This document shows, in pieces, positions 1 through 9,143 of a stretch of 64,000 nt of DNA; the first letter of the stretch is position 1; each line of letters opens with the position of its first letter. Position numbers and translations under genes: made by a program. The notes under the pieces are model-generated. The model did not search any database and was not told where the DNA came from. It saw nothing but the letters and a program-made list of their open reading frames with translations. This DNA is from Paludibacteraceae bacterium. GTDB lineage: Bacteria > Bacteroidota > Bacteroidia > Bacteroidales > Paludibacteraceae. The stretch covers positions 20,250 to 84,249 of the forward strand of contig JAFSKL010000010.1 of NCBI GenBank assembly GCA_017448985.1, given 5' to 3'.

Positions 1-198
1 CTTGGCTGCAGCCAGGAACACATACTCCGGTTTCTCCGCCGCAAAGAATGCTTCCACAGCCTCTTGCCGGCACAGGTCCAGTTCCTTATGCGTCCGCGTC
101 ACGATATTCGTATATCCCTGCCGCTGTAATTCCCGTACTATTGCGCTGCCTACCATTCCGCGGTGGCCTGCAACATATATCTTACTGTCTTTTTCCAT
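1..198 (-). CDS. fcl: GDP-L-fucose synthase, N-terminal part (gene runs off the window start)
   Basis: Not in the ORF track (open at the edge). Minus-strand ATG at 198 gives [66 protein letters not shown], with a Rossmann GHRGMVGS motif. It lies directly downstream of gmd. Confidence 0.8.
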   Translation of the reverse strand, partial: MEKDSKIYVAGHRGMVGSAIVRELQRQGYTNIVTRTHKELDLCRQEAVEAFFAAEKPEYVFLAAAK

Positions 199-224
199 CA
201 TATTTCCACCAGGTTTCCACCTGT

Positions 225-274
225 CTTCATCGGATACTCATCGGGTGCTCATCGGATGCTTATCGGATGCTCAT
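225..274. repeat. 11-bp tandem array x4 in the gmd-fcl spacer
   Basis: CGGATACTCAT CGGGTGCTCAT CGGATGCTTAT CGGATGCTCAT. Confidence 0.85.
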
Positions 275-298
275 GCCGAGGATACCCTAATCACACCA

Positions 299-1405
299 TT
301 ATTTCACAATACCCTTCTCCAAATATTCGGCAAGGTTAAAGTGTTCTCGTGTCACTTTATGCATATCGTGCTTTACCATCAACTCGACCAGCTCCTCGAA
401 ACTCGTCTTTTGCGGATTCCAGCCCAGTTCCCGTTTCGCCTTACTCGGATCACCCAACAAGTTCACCACATCCGTCGGCCGGTAGAAATCCGGACTCACA
501 GCAACAACAACATCACCCTCTTTAATTTTTAATTTTGAATTTTGAATTTTTAATTCCTCCACGATTCCTTTCTCTTCCACGCCTTTGCCTTCCCAGCGCA
601 ACTCAATACCGGCATGGTGGAAAGCCAACGTCGCGAACTCACGCACCGTATGCTGCACACCCGTTGCTATGACGAAATCTTCGGGCGTATCATGCTGCAG
701 AATGAGCCACATGCACTCCACATAATCCTTGGCATATCCCCAGTCGCGCAACGAATCCAGATTGCCCAAGTACAGGCACTCCTGCAAGCCTTGCGCAATA
801 CGCGCAGCCGCCAAGGTGATCTTACGCGTCACAAACGTCTCGCCGCGACGCTCCGACTCATGGTTAAAGAGGATACCGGAACAGCAGAACATGTTGTACG
901 CCTCGCGGTACTCCTTGATGATCCAATAGCCGTATAATTTAGCCACCGCATAAGGACTGTACGGGTGGAACGGCGTGGTCTCGCTTTGCGGCACTTCCTC
1001 CACCTTGCCGTAGAGTTCGCTCGTCGAGGCCTGGTAGATCTTGCATGTTTTCTCCAGATGATTCGTCCGAACCGCCTCCAGCACACGCAGCACACCTACC
1101 GCATCCACATCGGCCGTGAACTCCGGCGCATCGAAACTGACCTGCACATGACTCTGCGCCGCCAGATTGTATATCTCATCCGGTTGCACCTGTCCTACCA
1201 ACTTAACCAGCGACATCGAGTCGCTCATGTCCGCGTAATGCAAATGAAAATGCGGTTTTCCCTCCAAATGGGCGATCCGCTCGCGAAAATCCACCGAACT
1301 ACGGCGAATAATGCCGTGGACTTCATAACCTTTTTCCAACAAAAACTCCGCCAAATAGGAGCCATCCTGACCCGTAATTCCGGTGATTAGTGCTTTTTTA
1401 GCCAT
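299..1405 (-). CDS. gmd: GDP-mannose 4,6-dehydratase
   Basis: 368 aa. [37 protein letters not shown] and the YAVAKLY catalytic motif. Contains an in-frame heptamer array at 522-556. Confidence 0.95.
   Translation of the reverse strand: MAKKALITGITGQDGSYLAEFLLEKGYEVHGIIRRSSVDFRERIAHLEGKPHFHLHYADMSDSMSLVKLVGQVQPDEIYNLAAQSHVQVSFDAPEFTADVDAVGVLRVLEAVRTNHLEKTCKIYQASTSELYGKVEEVPQSETTPFHPYSPYAVAKLYGYWIIKEYREAYNMFCCSGILFNHESERRGETFVTRKITLAAARIAQGLQECLYLGNLDSLRDWGYAKDYVECMWLILQHDTPEDFVIATGVQHTVREFATLAFHHAGIELRWEGKGVEEKGIVEELKIQNSKLKIKEGDVVVAVSPDFYRPTDVVNLLGDPSKAKRELGWNPQKTSFEELVELMVKHDMHKVTREHFNLAEYLEKGIVK
522..556. repeat. Heptamer array x5 inside gmd
   Basis: TTAATTT TTAATTT TGAATTT TGAATTT TTAATTC. 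Encodes [12 protein letters not shown] on the minus strand. Confidence 0.9.
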
Positions 1406-1424
1406 AAAAATTCAAATTAGCGTG

Positions 1425-1456
1425 CAAAGATACAATATTTTTTTCATATGTGCAAG
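1425..1456 (-). promoter_or_regulatory. Bacteroidota-type promoter for gmd-fcl
   Basis: On the minus strand: CTTG, 20 nt spacer, TATCTTTG. Confidence 0.6.
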
Positions 1457-1509
1457 TGCGCGCGTACTTTTTTTAAAAAAAGTGTACATTTTGCCCCATA
1501 AACATAAAA

Positions 1510-1537
1510 TTTTCCATTTTCCATTTTCAATTTTCAA
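1510..1537. repeat. Heptamer array x4, intergenic
   Basis: TTTTCCA TTTTCCA TTTTCAA TTTTCAA. Confidence 0.9.
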
Positions 1538-1547
1538 TTAAAATGAC

Positions 1548-1555
1548 TACCTTTG
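1548..1555 (+). promoter_or_regulatory. -7 box TACCTTTG upstream of the 2-hydroxyacid dehydrogenase gene
   Basis: TAnnTTTG match 28 nt before ATG 1583. No clear -33 TTTG. Confidence 0.5.
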
Positions 1556-1582
1556 CACTCGCAAATTATGTGCTTACGCGAA

Positions 1583-2494
1583 ATGAAGGTCGCTTTTACG
1601 ACACAATTACCCCATGAAGGCTTCCGACGACTCTCGGAACACACGCTCTACGCCTCTTTGCCGGAAGCGGATATTCTCGTCAGCACTTTCGACAAACCCG
1701 TGCCGCGTTCAATGATCGAATCGATGCCGCATCTCAAGCTCATCGCCAATTTCGGTGCGGGATTCAACAATATCGACCTGGAAGCTTGCCGTGAGCGGGG
1801 AATCCGTGTCACCAACACGCCTCAACCCGTGGTCGAGCCTACGGCGGAACTCGCTTTTGCGCTCATGATCGATGTGGCCCGTCGTGTCTCGGAGTTCGAT
1901 CGCGCCCTCAGGAACGGCATCTGTCAGCCTATGGCGGTGATGAATAATCTCAGTCACTCCTTATACGGCAAAACACTCGGTATCATCGGTCTCGGACGCA
2001 TCGGCCAGGCTCTCGCCAGACGGGCTGTAGCCAGCGGGATGCGCATCCTTTACCATAATCGCCACCGCCTGCCGGAGGACATGGAGCAACGCTTCGATGC
2101 CACTTATGTGGACTTCCAGACCTTGCTGCAGGACAGCGATTTCGTCAGTCTGAACCTGCCCTACACGCCGGAGGTACACCACCTGATCGGCCAGCCCGAA
2201 CTCGGGATGATGAAGCGTTCAGCGTACCTCATCAACACGGCACGAGGCGCACACATAGACGAACAGGCGCTCGTTGAAGCGCTGCAGAACGGCATCATTG
2301 CCGGCGCCGCACTCGATGTCTATGAGCATGAACCCGCCATTTCATCGGCACTTTTCAGCCTGCCCAATGTCGTTCTTTCGCCCCACACCGGCACAGGAAC
2401 GATGGAAGGACGAATCGCCATGTGCGAGAATGTGACGGACAATATTTTGGCTTTTTGTGCCGGTGAAATCGAACAAATGAACATCGTTTTATAA
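1583..2494 (+). CDS. D-isomer-specific 2-hydroxyacid dehydrogenase (glyoxylate/hydroxypyruvate reductase-like)
   Basis: GIIGLGRIGQALARR NAD-binding motif and a C-terminal LSPHTGTGT motif. Start moved to ATG 1583 because the -7 box TACCTTTG (1548-1555) lies inside the longer track ORF. Confidence 0.8.
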   Translation: MKVAFTTQLPHEGFRRLSEHTLYASLPEADILVSTFDKPVPRSMIESMPHLKLIANFGAGFNNIDLEACRERGIRVTNTPQPVVEPTAELAFALMIDVARRVSEFDRALRNGICQPMAVMNNLSHSLYGKTLGIIGLGRIGQALARRAVASGMRILYHNRHRLPEDMEQRFDATYVDFQTLLQDSDFVSLNLPYTPEVHHLIGQPELGMMKRSAYLINTARGAHIDEQALVEALQNGIIAGAALDVYEHEPAISSALFSLPNVVLSPHTGTGTMEGRIAMCENVTDNILAFCAGEIEQMNIVL

Positions 2495-2514
2495 ACTTTT
2501 AAATACACACTATT

Positions 2515-3063
2515 ATGAAAAAAATGATTATTTTGGTAGCAGCAACCGTAATGCTGGCCAGCTGTGGTTTCACACAGAGTAGTACAACTTCTAACACCTC
2601 CGCTCAGTCGACAGCCAAGACGACGACCTCCTCTTCAACGACCGCCCTCTCCGCAGGTCAGGGTGCCGGAGGTGCGCTGAACGCCCTCTACGCGCAGTAC
2701 AAAGCCGACGGCAACAAGTACGACTACAAGAACATGCAAAATGTGCTCAACACCGTTACCCTGCTCGCTAACTGCGAAGGTCTCAAGACCAATTACAAAG
2801 ACAAATCGTACCTCGGTGAGTTCAGCAAAGGCCTCGTAGCAGGTTCGCTCGGTCTCGTGACACAGAACACCGCACAAACCGTTACCAATAGCCTCGTCAA
2901 CATGGTAACGAGCAGCGTTTCCTCGCAGACCACTTCTGCCAAGACGCAGGAAGTAGCCAGCACCGCTGCAGGCTATGCCGATACCGCTGCCGGATACGCC
3001 AGCACCGCTGCACAGTACGCAGGCGCATTAAGTTCACTCTTAGGTGCCTTCGGTGGCAAATAA
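2515..3063 (+). CDS. Hypothetical Ser/Thr/Ala-rich lipoprotein
   Basis: MKKMIILVAATVMLASCGF signal peptide with a lipobox Cys. Low-complexity T/S/A-rich segments. No recognised domain. Confidence 0.6.
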   Translation: MKKMIILVAATVMLASCGFTQSSTTSNTSAQSTAKTTTSSSTTALSAGQGAGGALNALYAQYKADGNKYDYKNMQNVLNTVTLLANCEGLKTNYKDKSYLGEFSKGLVAGSLGLVTQNTAQTVTNSLVNMVTSSVSSQTTSAKTQEVASTAAGYADTAAGYASTAAQYAGALSSLLGAFGGK

Positions 3064-3066
3064 TCT

Positions 3067-4248
3067 ATGGATATCGTTGAGCGCTTTCTCAAGTATGTCT
3101 CGTTTTGCACAACGAGCGACGAGAATACAAATATGACGCCTTCCACGCCCGGCCAGATGGAGTTCGCGCGTTTCCTTGCCGATGAACTCAAATCGATAGG
3201 TTTGAAGGACGTTTCCCTCGATTCCAACGGGTATATCATGGCCACCTTGCCGGCCAACGACCAACGACAAATGACCAATGGCCAACGGCCTGTCATCGGC
3301 TTCATCGCCCATATGGACACCTCGCCGGATGTGAGCGGTCGCCATGTCAAACCGAGTATCGTCAAGGCCGAAGAGCGCGATTTCATCGATGCGCGTTATG
3401 CGGGGCAGGAGGTCATCGTCACCGACCAGACCACTCTCCTTGGAGCCGACGACAAAGCCGGTATAGCCGAGATCGTCACGGCCATGGAGTACCTTGTGCA
3501 GCATCCGGAGATCGAGCACGGCAAAGTGCGTATCGGCTTCACACCGGACGAGGAGATAGGTCAGGGAGCCGACCATTTTGATGTGAAGGCTTTCGGCTGT
3601 GACTTCGCCTACACCATGGACGGAGGAGCAATTGGTGAGTTGGAGTTCGAGAACTTCAACGCGGCTTCGTGTAAGATTCATGTTCACGGAGTGAATGTTC
3701 ACCCCGGGTCAGCGTATCACAAGATGCAGAACTCGATGCGTATAGCTTACCAGTTAGCCGTTATGCTACCTCGCTGGGAGACGCCGGAGCACACACAGGG
3801 ATACGAAGGTTTCTACCACCTCATCGGCATGAACGGCACCGTGGAAGAGACCACGCTCAGCTATATCATTCGTGACCATGACAAAGCGCGTTTCGAGAGC
3901 CGCAAACGGGAACTGGAGCACCTCGTCCGCAAGGTGAATCGTGAGTACGGAGACGGAACGGCGGAGATCGAGATACGCGATCAATATTATAACATGCGCG
4001 AGAAGATAGAGCCCGTCATGCACATCATCGAACTCGCCAAGAGTGCGATGGAATCGGTGGAAGTGACACCTGTCATCAAGCCTATTCGTGGCGGAACGGA
4101 TGGCGCAAGGCTCTCCTTCGAGGGACTACCCTGCCCCAATATCTTTGCCGGAGGCGAAAACTTCCACAGCCGATACGAGTATCTCCCGATTCCATCGATG
4201 AAAAAAGCCATGGAAGTGATCCTCCAAATCGTTCAAATGGCTAAATGA
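3067..4248 (+). CDS. pepT: Peptidase T (tripeptide aminopeptidase, M20B)
   Basis: 393 aa. N-terminus [21 protein letters not shown], plus IAHMDTSPD and [11 protein letters not shown] metal-ligand motifs typical of PepT. Confidence 0.9.
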   Translation: MDIVERFLKYVSFCTTSDENTNMTPSTPGQMEFARFLADELKSIGLKDVSLDSNGYIMATLPANDQRQMTNGQRPVIGFIAHMDTSPDVSGRHVKPSIVKAEERDFIDARYAGQEVIVTDQTTLLGADDKAGIAEIVTAMEYLVQHPEIEHGKVRIGFTPDEEIGQGADHFDVKAFGCDFAYTMDGGAIGELEFENFNAASCKIHVHGVNVHPGSAYHKMQNSMRIAYQLAVMLPRWETPEHTQGYEGFYHLIGMNGTVEETTLSYIIRDHDKARFESRKRELEHLVRKVNREYGDGTAEIEIRDQYYNMREKIEPVMHIIELAKSAMESVEVTPVIKPIRGGTDGARLSFEGLPCPNIFAGGENFHSRYEYLPIPSMKKAMEVILQIVQMAK

Positions 4249-4260
4249 TTCAATAAATAA

Positions 4261-4290
4261 TAAAATGGTAAATGACCATATGGTAAATCT
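4261..4290. repeat. Degenerate AAATGGT/AAATGAC array at the gcvT start
   Basis: atggtaaatgacCATatggtaaat. A near-identical 24-mer occurs at the patatin gene start (5409-5432). Confidence 0.6.
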
Positions 4291-5380
4291 CAAGACAACT
4301 CCGTTTACGGATATTCACATTGCGTTAGGCGCAAAAATGGCAGAGTTTGCCGGTTTCAATATGCCTATTCAGTACCCTACTGGCATCAATCAGGAGCACA
4401 TGATCGTTCGCGAAGGTGTCGGCGTGTTTGATGTCAGCCACATGGGCGAGTTCTGGGTGAAAGGCGAGAAAGCGCTGGACTTCCTGCAGTATATCACCAC
4501 CAACGACCTGTCGGTCATACCGGCAGGCAAGGCGCAGTACACCTGTATGCCCAACGGCAAAGGCGGTATCGTGGATGATCTGATCATCTATAAATACTCC
4601 ACCACCAAGTACCTCATGGTAGTCAATGCCGGCAATATAGACAAGGACTGGGCGTGGGTCAACCAAATTAAAAATGAAAAATTAAAAATTAAAAATTGGG
4701 GAGATCTCTCTTTGGACAATGCCTCGGACCGTTACGGCCAATTGGCGGTGCAGGGACCGAAGGCGGTGGAACTGCTTCAACTGCTCACCGACCTGGACCT
4801 CAAGTCCATCGACTATTATGCGTTCCGCGAGTGGAGTTTTGCGGGCGTACCGGGTGTCATCCTGTCGAACACCGGTTATACCGGTGCCGGAGGCTTCGAG
4901 CTCTATTTCCCTGCCGACAAAGGGATACAGATCTGGAACGCGCTCTTCGAAGTGGGCAAGCCGTTTGGCCTGGCTCCTATCGGTCTCGGTGCCCGTGACA
5001 GCCTGCGTTTGGAGAAATGGTACTGTCTCTACGGCCACGATATCGACGATACCACCTCACCGCTCGAAGCAGGTCTCGGATGGATCACCAAGCTCGATGC
5101 CAAGGAGTTCATCGACCGCGATTTCCTCAAACAGCAGAAAGCGGAAGGCGTCCAACGCAAACTGGTACACTTCGAGTGCCAGGAGCGTGCTATCCCGCGG
5201 AACGGCTACGACATATGCGATGAATCCGGCAATAATATAGGTCATGTCACCTCCGGCATCATGCTGCCCAACACCAAAACGGGCATCGGAATGGGCTATG
5301 TGCAAACACCCTTTGCCAAGAAAGAGAACATCATCTATATCCGCATCCGCGAGAAACTGATTCCCGCCAAAATTGTCTAA
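4265..5380 (+). CDS. gcvT: Glycine cleavage system aminomethyltransferase T
   Basis: [28 protein letters not shown] and FDVSHMGEF motifs. An alternative start is ATG 4280, because the first 5 codons come from the AAATGGT-type repeat. In-frame heptamer array at 4665-4699. Confidence 0.9.
   Translation: MVNDHMVNLKTTPFTDIHIALGAKMAEFAGFNMPIQYPTGINQEHMIVREGVGVFDVSHMGEFWVKGEKALDFLQYITTNDLSVIPAGKAQYTCMPNGKGGIVDDLIIYKYSTTKYLMVVNAGNIDKDWAWVNQIKNEKLKIKNWGDLSLDNASDRYGQLAVQGPKAVELLQLLTDLDLKSIDYYAFREWSFAGVPGVILSNTGYTGAGGFELYFPADKGIQIWNALFEVGKPFGLAPIGLGARDSLRLEKWYCLYGHDIDDTTSPLEAGLGWITKLDAKEFIDRDFLKQQKAEGVQRKLVHFECQERAIPRNGYDICDESGNNIGHVTSGIMLPNTKTGIGMGYVQTPFAKKENIIYIRIREKLIPAKIV
4665..4699. repeat. Heptamer array x5 inside gcvT
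   Basis: AAATTAA AAATGAA AAATTAA AAATTAA AAATTGG. Encodes [11 protein letters not shown]. Confidence 0.9.
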
Positions 5381-5398
5381 ATGCCTCAATGGTTAAAT

Positions 5399-5439
5399 AA
5401 ATGACCAAATGGTAAATGACAAAATGGTAAATAAAAATG
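5399..5439. repeat. Degenerate 7/8-mer AAATGNN array at the patatin gene start
   Basis: AAATGACC AAATGGT AAATGACA AAATGGT AAATAAA AATG. Confidence 0.65.
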
Positions 5440-6359
5440 TAGCGCTTGTACTGGGTTCCGGCGGAGCGCGCGGTTTGGCACATATAGGTGCCATCGAGGC
5501 GCTCGAAGAACGCGGCTATACCATCACGAGTATAGCCGGTTGCTCGATGGGTTCTATCATCGCGGGCATGTATGCCGCAGGACAGTTGAAGCAAGCCAAG
5601 GAGTGGTTCCTGCGTGTCGATAAGCAGCTCATTCTCCGCATGCTGGATGTCAACCTGCTCAGCGGCAACTCGCTGGTCAAGGGGCAGCGTATCATCCGAG
5701 AGCTGGAGAAAGTGGTGCCTGACCGTCCGATGGAGCACCTCAACATACCGTGTACCATCGTGGCTTCGGATATGATCCGCACCGAGGAAGTGGTGTTCCG
5801 TTCAGGCAGCCTCTTTGAGGCTGTACGCGCGTCTATCAGTATCCCGCTGTTCTTTCAGCCCGTTCAGATAGGCCAACGCCTGCTCATCGACGGAGGCATC
5901 CTCAATCCCCTACCCTTACACGCCGTTCAACGTACCGAAGGCGACATATTGGTAGCCATGGACATCAGCGGAAAGGATACCATGCCCGTAGAGAACAAAA
6001 TCCCCGAATCCATCGATGTGGAAGGCAAGTTGGCTTACCTCAAAAAGACGGGGATTCCGGTGCCCAAATCATGGGAGAAACAGATTCGTCAATTCGGAAA
6101 AAGTCTCGATGAATACAGGGTAAAACGGGCAAACGACCTGGGTCGTAATGTCAATTTCTTCGGTTTGCTCGACCGGATGAGCGATATGCAGATCCAGCAG
6201 AACACCCTGCTCGCTCTGCGGCTCACGCCTCCGGATGTACACGCGGTGATGCGCCAGTACGCGTACAATACCTTTGATTTCGATAAGGCCGAAGAGATCA
6301 TCGAACAAGGGTATCGAATCATGAATGAGGCGCTCGAGAAATACGAAATTTCGCAATAA
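5409..6359 (+). CDS. Patatin-like phospholipase
   Basis: LVLGSGGARGLAHIGAIEALEE (GGxRG), GCSMGS (GxSxG) and DGG motifs. Alternative start at ATG 5424. Confidence 0.85.
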   Translation: MVNDKMVNKNVALVLGSGGARGLAHIGAIEALEERGYTITSIAGCSMGSIIAGMYAAGQLKQAKEWFLRVDKQLILRMLDVNLLSGNSLVKGQRIIRELEKVVPDRPMEHLNIPCTIVASDMIRTEEVVFRSGSLFEAVRASISIPLFFQPVQIGQRLLIDGGILNPLPLHAVQRTEGDILVAMDISGKDTMPVENKIPESIDVEGKLAYLKKTGIPVPKSWEKQIRQFGKSLDEYRVKRANDLGRNVNFFGLLDRMSDMQIQQNTLLALRLTPPDVHAVMRQYAYNTFDFDKAEEIIEQGYRIMNEALEKYEISQ

Positions 6360-6414
6360 AATGTTTCAAATGGCGTAAAAAGGCACAAAAAATGATAAAA
6401 AAATGCTTTTTTGC

Positions 6415-6445
6415 TTTGTTATATGAAATAATTTTTGTACTTTTG
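6415..6445 (+). promoter_or_regulatory. Promoter of the acyl-CoA ligase gene
   Basis: TTTG, 19 nt spacer, TACTTTTG. Confidence 0.6.
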
Positions 6446-6470
6446 CACTCGATTTTGGTTTAATTGTATT

Positions 6471-8120
6471 ATGGCAACAAAACATTATTTATCGTACCTG
6501 GAGGAAACGATCGCGAAGCGTTGGGACAGTCTGGCAATGGCGGACTATGACGGTGAAAATCGATATACCTATGCCGATTTGGCGGCACAGATTGCCAAAC
6601 TGCATGTCACTTGGCAGCAAGTGGGCATCAAGGAGGGTGACAAGATAGCTCTCTGCGGGCGTAACTGCGCCAACTGGGGTCTGCTCTTTCTGGCTGCCGC
6701 GAGCTACAAGGCGGTGGTAGTCAGTATCCTGCCCGACTTCACGGCGGACGGTATCTACTCGCTCGTGGACCACTCCGATGCCTTGCTGCTCTATGTGGGT
6801 CCGAATGTGAAGAAGAAGATCGACCCCTCGCAGATGAAAAGCCTCCGCGCCATCATTTTTATGGACGACATGTCCATCGTGGCATCGGACGACAAGTTCC
6901 GCAAGGCCTACGAAGGCGTGGACAAAGCGTTCCTGAAGGCCTATCCGGATGGTGTCAAGGCCTCCGACCTGCATTTCCCCACCGATAACTACGACGATAT
7001 AGCCGTTATCAACTATACCTCCGGCTCTACGGGCAATCCGAAAGGCGTGATGCTGACCCACCTCAACCTGAGCGGCAATGTGGAGTTCGGTCAGTCCCGT
7101 ATCCCGCACGGCAAGGGAGACAAGGTGCTGTCCATGCTGCCGATAGCGCATATGTTCGGACTCATGTTCGAGTTCCTGTATCAGGTGTGCGACGGTGCCG
7201 AGGTCTATTTCCTCACGCAGGCGCCTACCCCCACCGTGCTGATGAAAGCGTTCGCGCAGGTGAAGCCGTTCATGATCCTGACGGTGCCTCTCGTGATCGA
7301 GAAGATCATCAAGAAAGGTGTGCTGCCCAAGATCAGCAGCCCTGCCATGCGCATCATGTGGCGTACCCCGTTCCTCAAGAATGTGATCCGCCGCAAGGTG
7401 AAAGAGGGTCTGGACAAGACCTTCGGCGGTCAGTTGCGCTTCCTCATCATCGGCGGTGCAGCCCTCAACGGCGAGGTGGAGCAAGTGCTTCACGACATCA
7501 AGTTCCCCTATTGCGTGGGCTACGGTATGACCGAGTGCGGACCGCTCATCAGTTACGAGGACTGGTACCGCTATGCGTTCCACAGCTGCGGTAAAGAGCT
7601 GCCGCAATGCCATGTGCGCATCGACTCCGAAGACCCCACCGGCAAGGACGGCGAGATACAGGTGAAGGGTATCAATGTGATGAAAGGCTATTACAAGAAC
7701 GACGAGGCGACCAAGGCTGCGTTCACACCGGACGGTTGGATGCGTACCGGCGACCTCGGCGTGCTCGACAAAGAGGGCAATATATACATTCATGGTCGCT
7801 CGAAGAACATGATCCTCGGTCCTTCGGGACAGAACATCTACCCCGAGGAATTGGAGGACAAGCTCAACTCGATGCCTTGCGTCATTGAGTCGATCGTGGT
7901 GGATCGTGACCATAAGCTCGTGGCGCTCGTCTTCCCTGATACGACCGCGGACGGCAAGAAGGCCCTGGGCAACAAGACCCTCACCCAGCAAATGGAAGAG
8001 AATCGTGCGGCGGTGAACAAAGAGCTGCCGCAATATAGCCAAATCAGTGCAATCGAATTAGTGGCTTCGGAGTTCGAGAAGACCCCGAAACGCTCCATCA
8101 AGCGGTATTTGTACCAATAA
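6471..8120 (+). CDS. AMP-dependent synthetase / long-chain-fatty-acid--CoA ligase
   Basis: YTSGSTGNPKGVMLTH AMP-binding motif and GWMRTGDLG motif. Start set at ATG 6471, downstream of promoter box 6438-6445. Confidence 0.85.
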   Translation: MATKHYLSYLEETIAKRWDSLAMADYDGENRYTYADLAAQIAKLHVTWQQVGIKEGDKIALCGRNCANWGLLFLAAASYKAVVVSILPDFTADGIYSLVDHSDALLLYVGPNVKKKIDPSQMKSLRAIIFMDDMSIVASDDKFRKAYEGVDKAFLKAYPDGVKASDLHFPTDNYDDIAVINYTSGSTGNPKGVMLTHLNLSGNVEFGQSRIPHGKGDKVLSMLPIAHMFGLMFEFLYQVCDGAEVYFLTQAPTPTVLMKAFAQVKPFMILTVPLVIEKIIKKGVLPKISSPAMRIMWRTPFLKNVIRRKVKEGLDKTFGGQLRFLIIGGAALNGEVEQVLHDIKFPYCVGYGMTECGPLISYEDWYRYAFHSCGKELPQCHVRIDSEDPTGKDGEIQVKGINVMKGYYKNDEATKAAFTPDGWMRTGDLGVLDKEGNIYIHGRSKNMILGPSGQNIYPEELEDKLNSMPCVIESIVVDRDHKLVALVFPDTTADGKKALGNKTLTQQMEENRAAVNKELPQYSQISAIELVASEFEKTPKRSIKRYLYQ

Positions 8121-8131
8121 TACCGCACCCC

Positions 8132-8158
8132 ACGCTATGGTGTGAGTTTCCATAGCGT
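8132..8158 (+). terminator. Hairpin after the acyl-CoA ligase gene
   Basis: ACGCTATGG, 9-nt loop, CCATAGCGT (9-bp perfect stem). Weak T tract. Confidence 0.45.
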
Positions 8159-8278
8159 TCTGTAAATAATTAAGTGAGTAAGTAGATGGATTCCTTTACT
8201 GGAATCAAAGCCTGCGCGTGACTGGGAAGCCCCGCGCTCGTTTTTTTATTATAAAAATCTCTCTTTTTTGCAGAAATA

Positions 8279-8310
8279 TTTGCACATATCAAATAATTGT
8301 TGTACCTTTG
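8279..8310 (+). promoter_or_regulatory. Promoter of the small-ORF pair
   Basis: TTTGCACATAT..., 20 nt spacer, TACCTTTG. Confidence 0.6.
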
Positions 8311-8343
8311 CACCCGCAAAGGTTTGCAAATAACATAAAACAT

Positions 8344-8478
8344 ATGGAAGCAGCATTAAAACAACCTGTTCTGCATAGTGCAGGAACTATCTCTGAAGAG
8401 AAATGGGATAGCCTTCATACCATCGAAGAACTAGATGCATCTTTGAAAAGTATTATCCATAATCATTTTCATGGATGA
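8344..8478 (+). CDS. Small hypothetical protein (possible antitoxin partner)
   Basis: 44 codons starting just after a consensus promoter (8279-8310). Its stop overlaps the next ATG by 4 nt (ATGA). No recognisable domain. Confidence 0.3.
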   Translation: MEAALKQPVLHSAGTISEEKWDSLHTIEELDASLKSIIHNHFHG

Positions 8479-8795
8479 AAGAATTAGAAGTACGTATAGA
8501 TGATGCCGTATTCTTTGATTTGACTGAATTTTATAAATTCAGCCTCAAGAAACATCCTACCTTAGATGAAGCGACAGTTCTAAAGAAAGAGCAACGTCTT
8601 ATTCGTTCTTTGAAGGCTTTGGGCAAATATGCTCTAACTGACCACACCGAGATACGGCATATACCTTGGATACGAAAGGGATATAAGGACTATTATGCGG
8701 ATGGTTTCCATTTTGGTTACAAAATAGAAGCATTGCCTTCTGGTGAAAATGTCGTTGTGGTTTACGAAGCCCTTCACGAATTGCTATTTGATTAA
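8475..8795 (+). CDS. Hypothetical 106-aa protein, weakly RelE/ParE-toxin-like in size and layout
   Basis: Translationally coupled to the upstream small ORF, in an AT-rich context. The ending ...VVVVYEALHELLFD resembles ParE/RelE C-termini only loosely. Confidence 0.45.
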   Translation: MKELEVRIDDAVFFDLTEFYKFSLKKHPTLDEATVLKKEQRLIRSLKALGKYALTDHTEIRHIPWIRKGYKDYYADGFHFGYKIEALPSGENVVVVYEALHELLFD

Positions 8796-8913
8796 ACTAT
8801 ATAATCGTCCCTGCTCCGCGACGCTAAACCCGGAGCAATCTATCGGTCAAAGACCGATCACTCTAAGCGCAAAGCGTTGCGCACAATATATTAACAAGCA
8901 TTACTATTATTTC

Positions 8914-9107
8914 GCGCTAATCTAAAGCCCAGCAAACTTTACGGATATAAGTGCACAGAAGTAATATGTGGCAGCGTACCTTGGGGTATGCCTTGTCATT
9001 CCATAATAGATGCTCGCATTTAGTGTGAGTTTCTTAGGAATGACTAAGGCTTCCGTGCTGGGCTGCCTTGATTAGCGCAATAAGAACACTCACACTTTTT
9101 ATTGCGC
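8914..9107 (+). other. Structured noncoding element upstream of the acyltransferase gene (long-range stems with a competing hairpin)
   Basis: GCGCTAATC (8914-22) pairs with GATTAGCGC (9070-78). AGCCCAGC (8926-33) pairs with GCTGGGCT (9057-64). There is an inner GTCATTCC/GGAATGAC stem. A competing hairpin GCGCAATAA (9075-83)/TTATTGCGC (9099-9107) re-uses the same GCGC. Confidence 0.35.
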
Positions 9108-9143
9108 GGCGAGTTGATAGTAAGCAAATTTAGATTACTGTCA

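Noticed and set aside
2-532. 176-aa + strand ORF at the window start
   Set aside because: It overlaps the fcl N-terminus, the 11-mer array and the gmd 3' end on the opposite strand. Its translation has no protein-like features.
4249-4264. Glycine riboswitch upstream of gcvT
   Set aside because: Only about 16-31 nt separate pepT and gcvT, and that sequence is repeat-derived. There is no room for a riboswitch aptamer.
6489-8042. 517-aa ORF antisense to the acyl-CoA ligase gene
   Set aside because: It is a shadow ORF with an Arg/His/Leu/Val-rich nonsense composition and no motifs. The opposite strand carries unmistakable AMP-binding motifs.
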